Assembly: GCA_964016885.1 (NCBI GenBank)
Contig: OZ024751.1
Span: 29,636,001 to 29,700,000, forward strand
Source of the DNA: Eledone cirrhosa
Lineage: Eukaryota
Direction: 5' to 3'
DNA: 64,000 nt
Shown here piece after piece: positions 13,279 through 25,401 of the stretch; positions within the stretch are counted from its first letter, which is position 1, and every line of letters begins with the position of its first letter. The translations under genes and the position numbers were made by a program. Under the pieces are notes generated by a model. It saw nothing but the letters and a program-made list of their open reading frames with translations, made no database searches and was not told where the DNA came from.

Positions 13279-13727
13279 CCTACATAAAAAAAGCAAAGGA
13301 TGTCATTTTTTTTTCTGTCTCCTCAACTTTGTTCCAGTCCAATATATAATAATATAATATATGTAATAGATAGAAACTGTCGGTTTCAAACAACCACAAA
13401 ACTATATTAAATTAAACTTATAAAGTCTCAAGTAAACTCTTGCTTTATAGAATGATTGAATTCTTCTTTATTATATTTTGTTAAATTAGGAAAAAAAATT
13501 ATTTTATTTATTTATCTATTTATTTTGTTCTGCTTTAGTGAAATCAAGGTAATTATAAAAATAATTTACTGCAATTAAATATTTTCTTTGGCAAATAGGT
13601 TTCACTACATTTTTTTTCTTTCCTTTTTTCTTAATTTACATTTCATTTTATTTTATTCTATTTCAGAAATGATGTAATTAGGTTTTCAGATAATCAACTT
13701 TAATTATATTAAATTAATAAAAAAAAT

Positions 13728-13758
<31 letters not shown>

Positions 13759-14032
13759 GTGTTTGGAAAAGCAATGCTAACTGTATTTTTTCTCCTTTTA
13801 AATATTTTAGTTGTATTTAGATATATATACATAAGGAAGTGGTTAATGGAATAAGAGCCTTAGAATATTGGCTGAAGTGGTTTGAATCATTTAGAATCAT
13901 TTGAGGATTGGAATAATTCCTTATAACATATGTCCCCAATTCTTTGTATTCTGAGTTTAATTCTGCCAAAGATAACTTCACCTTTCATTTTTCTTTGGGG
14001 GAAGTGTGTCAATAAAATAAAGTACCCATTAA

Positions 14033-14950
14033 TCAATGCCTAGTTAGAGGACAAAAGAAGCAGTTTGAAAGTGTATATTTCTCATTGGATCTTGTACGAC
14101 CAGCTAAAGCAAGGTCAATGCCAGGTTAGAGGGTGAAACAAGCAGTTTTACAGTATATACTTCTCATAGGCTGAGCTGGCCGTAGGAGATCCTATGAGAA
14201 GTATATACTGTAAGACTGCTTGTTTCACCCTCTAACCTGGCATTGACATAGGCTTAGCTGGCCGTAGGAGATCCTATGAGAAGTATATACTGTAAGACTG
14301 CTTGTTTCACCCTCTAACCTGGCATTGACATAGGCTGAGCTGGCCGTAGGAGATCCTAGGTCAATGCCAGGTTAGAGGGTGAAACAAGCAGTCTTACAGT
14401 ATATACTTCTCATAGGATCTCCTACGGCCAGCTAAGCCTAGGTCAATGCCAGGTTAGAGGGTGAAACAAGCAGTCTTACAGTATATACTTCTCATAGGAT
14501 CTCCTACGGCCAGCTAAGCCTATGTCAATGCCAGGTTAGAGGGTGAAACAAGCAGTCTTACAGTATATACTTCTCATAGGATCTCCTACGGCCAGCTAAG
14601 CCTATGTCAATGCCAGGTTAGAGGGTGAAACAAGCAGTCTTACAGTATATACTTCTCATAGGATCTCCTACGGCCAGCTAAGCCTATGTCAATGCCAGGT
14701 TATAGGGTGAAACAAGCAGTCTTACAGTATATACTTCTCATAGGATCTCCTACGGCCAGCTCAGCCTATGTCAATGCCAGGTTAGAGGGTGAAACAAGCA
14801 GTTTTAGGGTATATACTTCTCATAGGATCTCCTACGGTCAGCTAAAAAAGGTCAATGCTGGTTATAGGGTGAAATAAGCAGTTTTAGAGTGTATTCATCT
14901 CATATGATCTCCTACGATCTGCTAAACCAATGTCAATGACAGGTAGAAAG
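14033..14950. repeat. 82-bp satellite (~11 units) with an internal inversion (14171-14354)
   Basis: Unit starts at 14359, 14441, 14523, 14605, 14687 and 14769. The central units are near-identical and the edge units diverged. Confidence 0.95.
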
Positions 14951-15056
14951 GCAAAGAGAGAATTAACTCTTCCCTCTCACCAAAGTGTTGGCTTTGTGCC
15001 TTACTTAGACACCATTATTTTAAATATGAGTGTATCATTTTTTATTTTGATTTCAG

Positions 15057-15118
15057 TCCTTGGAGATATAGTGTGGTTTGGTCGAGTAACTCCTAGTGGA
15101 GTTGTAGGGGCACCATAG
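15057..15118 (+). other. Candidate terminal coding exon (LGDIVWFGRVTPSGVVGAP*)
   Basis: T-rich tract plus TTTCAG acceptor, followed by non-repetitive, more GC-rich sequence. Phase is compatible with 8576-8605. Confidence 0.25.
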
Positions 15119-15249
15119 TTGCATACAGCATTTCTTGGACATTTTAAGCCTGGAGGAGCCCATTCATCTTGAAGTCTGAATCTATTAGATTTCTTCCAGG
15201 GACGGATAAAAAGATTGTGAGAGAATGGAAATGATAAATAGTTATCAGA

Positions 15250-15395
15250 GGAAGAATCGACCCCAGTCCTAAACTGGTACTTTATTTATCAACCTCAAAT
15301 AGACGAGAGGCAAAGTTAGTCTTTGCAAGATTTGAACTCAAAGTTCAGAGAACTGAAAAGAATACTGCAAAGCATTCTAACAATTACCAATTCAC
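15250..15395 (-). mobile_element. Deu/Nin-like SINE copy
   Basis: CTGGTACTTTATTTATCAACC...GCAAAGTT...GATTTGAACTC. Confidence 0.75.
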
Positions 15396-16306
15396 TGCAT
15401 GAGAAAGAGTTTAAACTGTTTAGAAAGCAAATACAAGAAGCATTTTAAGGCCATTTTACTTACTGAAGCAGAGGTTAGTGTTACATATCTCATGACTGGG
15501 TTTGATGTTTTACAACTTGAAGCCCTTCCTGGTACCAACCCTTTTAGTCACCTCTTATACCACACAGGGGTACAGTCTACCTATTCTAAACTGAATACAC
15601 AGCAATTGTTAAAAAATTGTGTGGGGGCTTTATATATGTGTATCGATGTGTGTGTGTGTGCATCATGTGTGTGGGTGCATGAGAATGTGTGTTTGCATAT
15701 GTGAGTGTCTATGTGTGTGTGTGTGCATGAGTATGTGAGTGTATGTGTGTATATATATGTGTGTGTGCATGCATGTGTGTGTATACAAGTGGTGTTCTTT
15801 GTATATTTAAAACTTAAACATTGTCATAATCCCTTCTATAATGACATGTTTACCAAAATACTTCTTTGCGTTCTTTTGTCTCATTAACGAAAATGTTTGT
15901 TGTTGATTACAATAGGAAGAATATTTTAGCTTCAAACAAGATTTGAAACCTATTTCTTTCTATCATTCTCTCTCTCTCCCCCTCGCTGTCTCCCTCTGTG
16001 TGTATTTTTTTCCTCCCTTATTTCCTTCTTTTACATAACACCTCAATAACCATCATTAAAAAAAAAATCAAAAGTTGAAACCTCTGTCAAAACCTCAATG
16101 TAACATAGAAAAGATATGACTGCCTACATTGTACAACGTAACTGATGGATTGATAATTTTTGAAAAATGATAAATATATACTGCTACTGCTGCTTTCCAC
16201 AATTTTATTAATCCCCCCCCCCCCTCCCCCCCACATTTTTTTTTTTGCTTTTACTTTTCTTTGCAATAAATTAAAACTATGTATGAATACAAATCAAAAA
16301 TTAAGA

Positions 16307-16350
<44 letters not shown>

Positions 16351-17162
16351 CATATATATATTCTCTCTGCTGAAATTATAATTACAATACATAAAAAATA
16401 TATAAAAATATTCTAGTATTACATGAAAAAGCTTGAATAAATAGTTATATTTAAAATGTGTGAAGTGTTGTAGAAATTTCTTAAGATAATATAAAAAAAA
16501 ATGTTTTCAGAGAATATTAATGAAATAAATGAAAATAAAGTCATCTTCATTTTGGTGTGAATAAATAAAGTATTATCTAAATATTAAAATTAAAAATAAG
16601 AAAAAAATACAAATTACTAAAAATTTCAATAATGAATTTTTAAGGAACAGAAAATTATTTCATAAGGTTACAAAAGATGAAGAATTTTTTTTAAATATAT
16701 CTTTATTGTATTTTTCTCTTTTTCAATGTTGACAGATTTAAATAGATTTCAAAGTAAAGTGTGATAAGATTGGTCTATATAAAAGAAAGGAAGGAAGGAA
16801 GAGAAGATAAAAGGAAAATAAAGTTATGTTATATAGGTATATAAATAAAATTTGAAGATCAAATTAAAAATTACAAAAGTTTAATTTCTAAACGATAGAA
16901 ATTTTCTGAAAACAAACTCTGAAGTATATATATATATATATACATACACACACACACATATATGTACATACATACATATATACATATATATATAAATTTA
17001 AATTAAGTATGAGAAATAGAAATCTGCATTCTTTATGTATGTGTTGTCTTCAGAAAAAAACTATTATTTTTTCAATATATCTATATCTATATATGTACAT
17101 ATATATATATATATGTAGGTATGCAGACACACACATGTTCACATGAACATATTTAGATACAT

Positions 17163-17236
<74 letters not shown>

Positions 17237-17352
17237 ACACATCTTCCTCATTACATATTATACAAGCACACAAAGAATTTATACTCAAGCACATTAAAGA
17301 GAATTATTTATTTAATAATCATTATTTATTTTATTTATAACATATAATGTAT

Positions 17353-17387
<35 letters not shown>

Positions 17388-17842
17388 ATATATTGTTTAA
17401 TATTTCTAAAAGTATCATGACTTAGATGAGTGTCTGTCTATGTCTCATTGTTTGTTAATTGAACTTTGCAGGTGCTTTTCATAAATGACATTTTCTAAAA
17501 AAAAATTTTTTATATATTTTGATTGTAAAAATCTTTTCAACATTTAACTAAAAGCGTTGATTTCTGACCATTTTTAAAATTTGCTGGTTTTCAAGACAAG
17601 ATTTGAAAGTCATGTTTTTTTGTTTTGTTTTTTAGAAAATGTAAACAAAAAAATATATACTGCAAAATATTGTGACAGTTCTTCGTTATATTTTATCTTT
17701 TATCTAGTTTTGTGTCATTTTTCCACCAAAAATATCACCTTTTATCTCTCAGTATCTCAGTCACCTTTTTTTAGATAGGGCTGGGTTAGTGGTGGTGGGG
17801 GGGTGTGCTTGTTTTTGTGATTTATATTGAGGCCCATCTCAG

Positions 17843-17911
17843 AAAAGGGAGATTGTGCGATTTTCATGTCTGTATCCAGGACATTGGAATAGAATTCCGT
17901 CGATATTCATG
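17843..17911 (+). other. Candidate exon
   Basis: Strong ATG|GTGAGT donor and two open frames; the acceptor is weak. Confidence 0.2.
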
Positions 17912-18094
17912 GTGAGTGTTCAAGTTGTCCAATGAAAGGCATGGCCTGCTTGTAATACTCAGGAATATTCAGCAAAACACAATGCATTACAAGGCCGAAA
18001 CTTTAAATTAGAGGTAGGTTTTTATCTGACAAACTCCTCAACAGTTCCAGTCTATCTAGTTTCATCCACAAGGCTATGGTAGATGACACATACA

Positions 18095-18660
18095 ACAACA
18101 TAAATTAAAGCATCTTGCTCAAGGACACAATGCATTGCTCTCTTTGGAAATAAAACTCCCAACCTTATGATTTTGAGCTGAACGCCCTAAACACTATGAG
18201 ACATGGCTTCATATATATATATATATATATATATTTATACTATGTGGTTGGTATTAGGAAGGGCATCCAGCTGTACAAACCCACCCAAATTTACAGTTCC
18301 GTTTGAACAACATACAGCACAGCCAATTTGGCCAGACTTGCCATGACGACCCATCTAACCCATGCAAGCATGGAAAATGGACGTTAAACGGTGGTGATGA
18401 TGATGATGATATATACACAGAGATAATATAAGGAATTGTTTGATAAGATCCCAGACCTCACTCACTTACCAAGTGGAATAGAACTCATATAATTGGACCA
18501 AGGAAACAGTGTTCCCATTCATCTTTCTGTTGTGGAAACACCTGGCAGAATGAGGGACATGAAATAAAGTGTCTTGCTCAAGGACATAATGCATCACCAG
18601 ATCAAGGAATCAAACTTGAAACCTTATGATTGCAAATCCAATTCTCTAACCACTAAGCAA
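18095..18660. mobile_element. Two minus-strand tRNA-SINE heads flanking a plus-strand bipartite RTE-derived element (18243-18410)
   Basis: TCTTGCTCAAGGACAC/T boxes; GGTTGGTATTAGGAAGGGCATCCAGCTGTA joined to CCCATGCAAGCATGGAAAATGGACGTTAAAC and (GAT)n. Confidence 0.7.
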
Positions 18661-18670
18661 AATACCTTTA

Positions 18671-18714
<44 letters not shown>

Positions 18715-19226
18715 AGTGTGTATAATATATATAATATATATATATATGTATATAAGCAATGAAAAATAAAAATGAAGAATGAGTAATTTGGATGAATTTT
18801 AATGAAATTACCAAACCTAGCTATATCAAACAGCATATAGCTTTATAGTTTTGGACAGGAATTTGACAGAATCACACACATAAAAGATCAAAGCAGTAGG
18901 AGCCTATTAAAAAGCATCACATACTATAATAAATTAGATATTCAACATCACATTTGTACTCTAAGAAGCAGAGGTAGCCAGGGACACCTGACTATCACAG
19001 AACAGATTAAACAGGTAATTATTATTAATACTGCATACTGCCTTTCTAACTCCTATGAAAACTTGTTCCTTGTTATTGTGAAGCAACATAGTTTTTATGT
19101 CCACTTTTTTTTTTCCATGCTGGCATGGGTTGGATGAGAATTTTTGAAGCAGTAACTCTCTGGTCAGAGGCCCTTCCTCTGGCCAGCCTATACTTTATTT
19201 TCAGGTGTAGTATATACTGCTCTAAG

Positions 19227-19530
19227 GTGGCAAATTGGCAGAGTTGTTAGAATGTCAGATAGAATGCTTTGTGGTATTTGTTTCAGCTTGCTACTCTCTG
19301 AGTTCAAATTCCGCTGGGGTCAACTTTGCCTTTCATCCATTCAATAAAATAGTACCAGTCTAGTACTAGGGTCAATTCTTCTTTTATAACTCTTTCTCAT
19401 TTTTCCATTCTCTCCCTCTATTTTTCTCTGAAAGAAATCTGCTGTATTTAGACTTGCAGAGGATATGGACTCTACTGGGCTTAAAAATGCCCTAGAAATG
19501 TTGTGACCATACAGTGCCCTTATGAATCCC
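19227..19530 (+). mobile_element. Deu/Nin-like SINE, long-tail subfamily
   Basis: Same extended 3' part as minus-strand copies at 33200-33505 and 45220-45495. Confidence 0.75.
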
Positions 19531-19584
19531 TATATATAGATAAGCAGGAACGAAGTCAAGGTTGCACCATAAATGAACTTTAAA

Positions 19585-19674
19585 GCATATGGCAATGGTT
19601 TCGATATTGATCAGCTGAAGGTTCAAGCATAATTGTCGGGGCCCAACAAAGCATTGCTATCTCATCAGATATGC
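19585..19674 (-). ncRNA. Type-I hammerhead-like motif with 59-nt helix II (16.1 is C instead of U)
   Basis: Sense: GCATAT CTGATGA GATA..51 nt..TATC GAAA C CATT GCC ATATGC. Helix I has 6 perfect bp. Confidence 0.65.
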
Positions 19675-19763
19675 CATCATAGGTACAGAACACATTGAAA
19701 CTGTAACTATAGTTACACACACACAAACACACATATATATGCGTGTGTGTGTATATATATATA

Positions 19764-21197
19764 GCATGGGTTAGACAATATTATGGCAGAGAGAATATTA
19801 ACACAAATGATTAGAGAAAGGGTCAAATTAGATGAGATGCAGTTTGGTTTTGTGCCTGGGAAAAGTACAACAGATGCCCTCTTCTTAGTGAGGCAACTAC
19901 AAGAGAAGTTCTTAAAGAAGTATAAGCCATGAAGCATAGCTTTTGTTGACCTAGAGAAGGCCTTTGATAGGTACCCCGATCTGTCATCTGGTGGTCCCGA
20001 AGGAAACTAGGTGTAGAGAAATGGCTTGTGAGGGCAGTGCAAGCTATGTACAGGGGTGCTGTCAGTAAAGTGAGACTAGGTATGGAGTTTAGTGGAGAAT
20101 TCCAGATACAAGTAGGTGTAAATCAGGGTTCGGTCCTCTGCCCGCTCTTGTTCATTATAGTCCTCCAAGCCATAAGAGAGGAGTTTAAGACTGGATGCCC
20201 ATGGGAATTTCTCTATGCTGATGATCTGGTTCTTATAGCAGAATCAGTAGAAGAGCTAGAGAATAAATTCTGGCTATGGAAACAGCAGTTGGAATGAAGA
20301 GGACTGAGAGTGAACATAGCTAAGACAAAAGTGTTGATAAGTAGAAGAAAGGACAATACTCCGATTCCATCAGGGAAATAGCCATGTTCGATATGTAGGA
20401 AAGGAACTGGCGTAAATTCTATAAAATGTGCACAATGCAGACCTTGGGTACACAAGAGATGTAGTGGGATAGCAGGCAAGCTAACAGGTAGGGAAAACTA
20501 CGTATGCAGTAGATGTACAGGGAAAGTTGGCAGTAGTAATCACAATGATAGACACACTTTTCCAATGCAGGTGGGTTCTTTAGAAGTGGTTGATAGCTTC
20601 TGGTACCTAGGTGATCAGATTAGCATGGGAGGGGGGGGGGTTCCGAGGCCATAGTATCTAGAATAAGGACGGCTTGGAAGAAGTTTAGGGAGCTGCTTCC
20701 TTTGTTGACAAAGAAGGGTTTCTCCTTGCATATGAAAGGATGGTTATAAGATGCCTGTGTGAGATGCGCGATGCTGCATGGTAGTGAGACATGGGCAGCA
20801 ACTGCAGAGGATATGCAATGGCTGGAGAGAAATGAAGCAAGTATGCTCCGTTGGATGTGCAACATCAATGTGCGTGAACAACCAAGCATAGTCGAGTTGA
20901 GAAAGAAACTGGGTATAAGAGGGATAAGTTGTGGTGTGCAGGAGAGCAGGCTGAGATGTGATGTGCATGGAGGATGAGCGCTGGGTAAAGAAGTGCCAAG
21001 AAATCCCAGTAGAAGGAAGACGCAGTAGAGGTAGACCACATAAAACATGGGCGGAGGTGGTGAGAGCAGACCTAAGATCACTGAAACTCACCGAGGAGAT
21101 GACGAAGGACCGTGACAAGTGGTGAGATGCTGTGCTGAATAGGACCCGTCCAACCCTTGCAAGCAGGGAAAAGCGGAGGTAAAATGATGATGATGAT
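19764..21197 (+). pseudogene. RTE LINE (family A) 3' half: reverse transcriptase, PHD-like finger, C-terminus and tail
   Basis: QFGFVPGKSTTDA, FVDLEKAFD, GVNQGSVLCPLLF, LYADDL, FWYLGD motifs, with stops and frameshifts; (TGA)n tail. Confidence 0.95.
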
Positions 21198-21248
21198 ATA
21201 TATATCACAAAAAAAAAGAATCAGTGTTGCGACGAATGGAATTTATTG

Positions 21249-21344
21249 GACATATTACAATCGTTTCACTGGCGACCAGCTCGAGGCACAATTGATGTGA
21301 TGATCGAACCTGACTCTGAAAATCGCAAGGTCCTCAGATACATC
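21249..21344 (-). ncRNA. Type-I hammerhead-like motif with 63-nt helix II, in a Penelope-like remnant (21225-21450)
   Basis: Sense: GATGTAT CTGAGGA cCTTGCGA...TCGCCAGt GAAA C GATT GTA ATATGTC, then AATAAA. Confidence 0.7.
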
Positions 21345-21537
21345 TTGATTTTACGAAGCAGATTTTTTGTGCTATCATACTCTGCTCAGTCAGAGCAGCG
21401 AGTGCTCAAACGGCCTACCGCATACGGACGCTTTAAGCATCCAACACCAATTATATATATATATACGTATATCTATATATATGTATATATATATATGTAT
21501 ATATATATATATAAATATAGATATATGTGTATATATG

Positions 21538-21573
<36 letters not shown>

Positions 21574-21992
21574 CCATATTTGCATCACTAGAAAGATGTC
21601 ATCCTAATTCTTTTTAACCTCAGACAAAAGAAAAAAGCAATTTTTGATGTGTACCTTGATTGATGAGCTGAAATAAGGCAAGAATTATCTACCCTCGTAT
21701 TTTCATTGATGTCCGTTAGGAGGGAGTGTAATTGAAGATGAGTGCTTGACAAGAAATAGTTCAAATAGAACTTCATCACTTTTTGTTCAGAGAGAATGGT
21801 CTTTGGGGGATTCTTAATTTTCATAGGATATAAGTTCTCTAGATAGAGATTAGAATAGAGAGGAAATTGGTCAGGAAATTGAGTAGCTGATGGCTAGGTT
21901 CTCTCTCTATAGATTCTATATACTTGTACTGTGTGGTAAGGTGTAATTCTGTATAGCATATATACATATACACTTGTGTATATGTGTGTGTT

Positions 21993-22034
<42 letters not shown>

Positions 22035-22053
22035 TAGGGAGACACAAAGCAAA

Positions 22054-22085
<32 letters not shown>

Positions 22086-22110
22086 GTATGTATATATATG
22101 TATATATATG

Positions 22111-22169
<59 letters not shown>

Positions 22170-22241
22170 GTGTGTGTATATATGCATATTTGTCAGTCTA
22201 TGAGAATCTCTGATGTATTCTCTATTTCTATGGACCTTTAA

Positions 22242-22308
<67 letters not shown>

Positions 22309-22421
22309 GCTCAAATTTGTTGTTGGAGTCCTTTGTATATAGCAGTATAAGCATATCTTCATTTGAGTATGTGTTTAATGTATATTCTAGCAAATGTCTC
22401 ATTGGTTAATATGTTTGTATG

Positions 22422-22479
<58 letters not shown>

Positions 22480-22591
22480 CATACATACATACTTTGTTAG
22501 TTTCAGAAGATCCCATTAAGGGTGAAAGCAGCGATTCTTTGCTTAAACTTTAATCTGTTATTTTAATAAATATATATATATATATATATAT

Positions 22592-23370
22592 CGTCCCACC
22601 CTTGCAAGCAGGGAAAAGCGGACGTAAAATGATGATGATGATGATGATGATGATATATATATATATATATATATTGGCCTTACTCGATAACAAGGAGGCA
22701 GCCATTATATATATATATATATATAGAGATAGATAGACAATATGCCACACCCTCCCACTGCAAGGTGGTCGTGGAGGTGCCACAACAAAAAAGCCCCCAG
22801 CCCACACTGTAAAGTGGACGTGTAGGCGCCACGAAAAAGCACCCAGCACTCACTATAAATGAGGTTGGTGTTAGGAAGGGCATCCAGCTGTAGAAATCAA
22901 ACCAAATCAGTTCCTGTATGAGCAAGGCATGGTCAGCCGACCAGGCACTGGCCACAACAGCACAACCCGTCTAACCCATGCTAGCGTGGAAGAACGGACG
23001 TAACACGGTGATGATGATATATATATCATCATCATCATCATTACCGTTTAGTGTCCATTTTCCATGCGTTGTCCACATCGTGAGACTAGTCTGGCCAGAA
23101 TTGGCTACACTGTACCTTGCTTCGACAGGACTGTAAATTGGCTGACGATTTTACAGCTGGATGTCCTTCCTAACACCAACCACATTTACAGTGTGGAACA
23201 TATATATATATATATATCATCATCATCGTTTGATGTCCATCTTCCACGCTAGCATGGGTTGGACAGGTTTGGTCAGGTGACCATGTCTCACTCATATAAA
23301 ACTGTTTCTGGCAGGTTTTTTTCTATGGCTGAATGCCCTTCCTAATGCCAACCACATTTACACATATAGA
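22592..23370. mobile_element. Cluster of RTE tails and bipartite RTE-derived elements in both orientations
   Basis: GGTTGGTGTTAGGAAGGGCATCCAGCTGTA motif plus CCCATGCTAGC(A/G)TGG tails. Confidence 0.75.
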
Positions 23371-23405
23371 TATACACTCATGTAGATACACACTCATACA
23401 TACAC

Positions 23406-23476
<71 letters not shown>

Positions 23477-23654
23477 GACAGAGCCTATTTAAATATGTTA
23501 GTGTTGCAAATCTTTACCTATCTTATTATCTTCGGTTTATTGCAGAACTCCTTTCACCATCTCTCACATTTACATATCTTTATTCTGATTCATTCCAATT
23601 CATTTTCAAACATTTTCAATTAAATTAACTTTGTCTGTGTGAATCCTTGTGAAA

Positions 23655-24145
23655 TTTCTGTTGCTATACTATCTATGTAGAGTGTGTGGTCATAGAAGTT
23701 CTATTATTATACTATCCATGTATATTGTGTGGTGTGTGTTTAGTGGTGGTTCTATTGCTATTCTATTTACATAGAGTGTGTGGTGGTAGAATTTCTATAG
23801 CTAGAGTATCTGTGTAGAGTATGAGATTGAATTTATATTTCTATACTATGTAGAGTATGTGTATGTTCCATGCTCTATTGCTACTCTATATCATGTAATA
23901 TGTGTGGTAGAAGTTCTATTTCCATACCATCTATGTAGATGTGTGTGGTGGTAGAAATTCTACAGTTGTACTATCAATGTAGAGTGTGTGGTAGAATTTC
24001 TAGGACTATATTATGTAGTGTGTGGTGGGGGTAAGTTCTATTGCTATACTATATTATGTAGAATGTGTGAAGTAGTGCAAGTCAAGTCCCATTTCTATAT
24101 CATGTAGAATGTGTGCATGGTAGAGGTTCTATTGTTATTCTAGTT
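23655..24145. repeat. Degenerate ~40-45-bp minisatellite
   Basis: TTCTATTGCTATACTATCTATGTAGAGTGTGTGGTAGAA-like units. Confidence 0.8.
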
Positions 24146-24892
24146 GTATTATAACTGTCTCAGATTTGATCATGTTCCTAATGAATTGCGAATTACATTA
24201 AAACTCTCTCGCTCATTCCTTTTTTCTTTCTTTCTCTCAATATGTCTCTTCCTCACTTTTTTTTCACTCTTTTTGTTTTCTCCCTCTCTCTCACTCTCTT
24301 TATCTTTCTCCCTTTCCCTATGTCCCTCCCTCCCTTTCACACACACTAACCTCCCTCTCTCCCACAAAAAACCCTCACCCAGTGCTCACACTATACCCTA
24401 TCCACTTTCTCAATGAAATTAGAAAAAAAGACAACTGAAAAATATATATTTATTATATTGGATTAGCTAATATAATTCTTTAATCAAATGAAAGCCAAAA
24501 TATTTTTCTTTCGAGATGTTTGGGGAGGAAAAAAAAATAAAAGAATTATTCAAGGGAAGTAATCAATGGCTACATAAATAAGTGAAACAAGGAGCTGATC
24601 TGACATATCTTTGTTTTGTTATTTTTACAATAGGATGTGATACATCACAACTAATAAAAATCTTCTCATACATTCTCTGAAAGTCATCAGATATATTTAT
24701 TACATTTTCACTGATGAAAATCTCTCAAAGAATCTTTTATACTTTGGCTTATGTTTAATATCGTTATTACATTTCATTTCTATTATAAATAAATTGTATT
24801 TTATTTTATTGTGGGTATATTTAGTTGTCTATTTTGTTTTTATTAATTTATTTATTTTATTTATTTTATTTTATTTTGTGTATCCATAGTTT

Positions 24893-25165
24893 ATTTAAAG
24901 TGCTTTTATTAACACTAACTAAAACTGTTTATCTAGAAGCTATCAACTACTTCTAAGGAGTCCTCTGAGCACTTGAAAGAATTTATTTTATGGGTGCTTT
25001 TAGTGTTTAGTGTGTTTATTACTATTTTATTTTGTGTAGGAATATGTGTAATATATTTAAAGTGTTATATTGAACACTAACTAAAATTATTTATCTAGAA
25101 GCTATCAACTACTTCTAAGGGTCATATAAACATTTGAGAGAACTTATCATATGGGTGCTTTAACT
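24893..25165. repeat. ~162-bp tandem duplication
   Basis: AACACTAACTAAAA.T.TTTATCTAGAAGCTATCAACTACTTCTAAGG occurs twice. Confidence 0.8.
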
Positions 25166-25314
25166 ATACCTGTGTGTATCTGTTATACACAGAGTCTTTC
25201 TTTTCTGTGAACTGTGTTTGCAATTCTCCTACATCTCTAGAGCAATCATCAATTCCATATATATATATATGGAATTGTATAAGAAAATAATTTTTTTCTT
25301 ATACCATTTTAAGA

Positions 25315-25401
25315 GGGTCCGTCGAGCTGCCGATTATTGAGTTGGGTAAGATCGATACAGATCGAACCTTGAGCTGATCAGTGCCGAAACGCGCGTCACC
25401 T
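25315..25401 (+). ncRNA. Variant or degenerate hammerhead-like motif with 60-nt helix II, in a Penelope-like remnant (25300-25555)
   Basis: GGGT CCGTCGA G..58 nt..C GAAA C GCGC GTC ACCT, then AATAAA. The core deviates from CTGANGA. Confidence 0.5.

Noticed and set aside
14033-14950. CRISPR-like appearance of the regular array
   Set aside because: The units are fully repeated with no unique spacers, there are no cas genes, and the context is eukaryotic.
20218-20260. CTGATGA as a hammerhead core (also 52093)
   Set aside because: It is the coding sequence of the RT YADD motif and has no correctly placed GAAA or helices.
24680-24740. Opposed CTGATGA motifs
   Set aside because: No GAAA box or helix I/III could be built.
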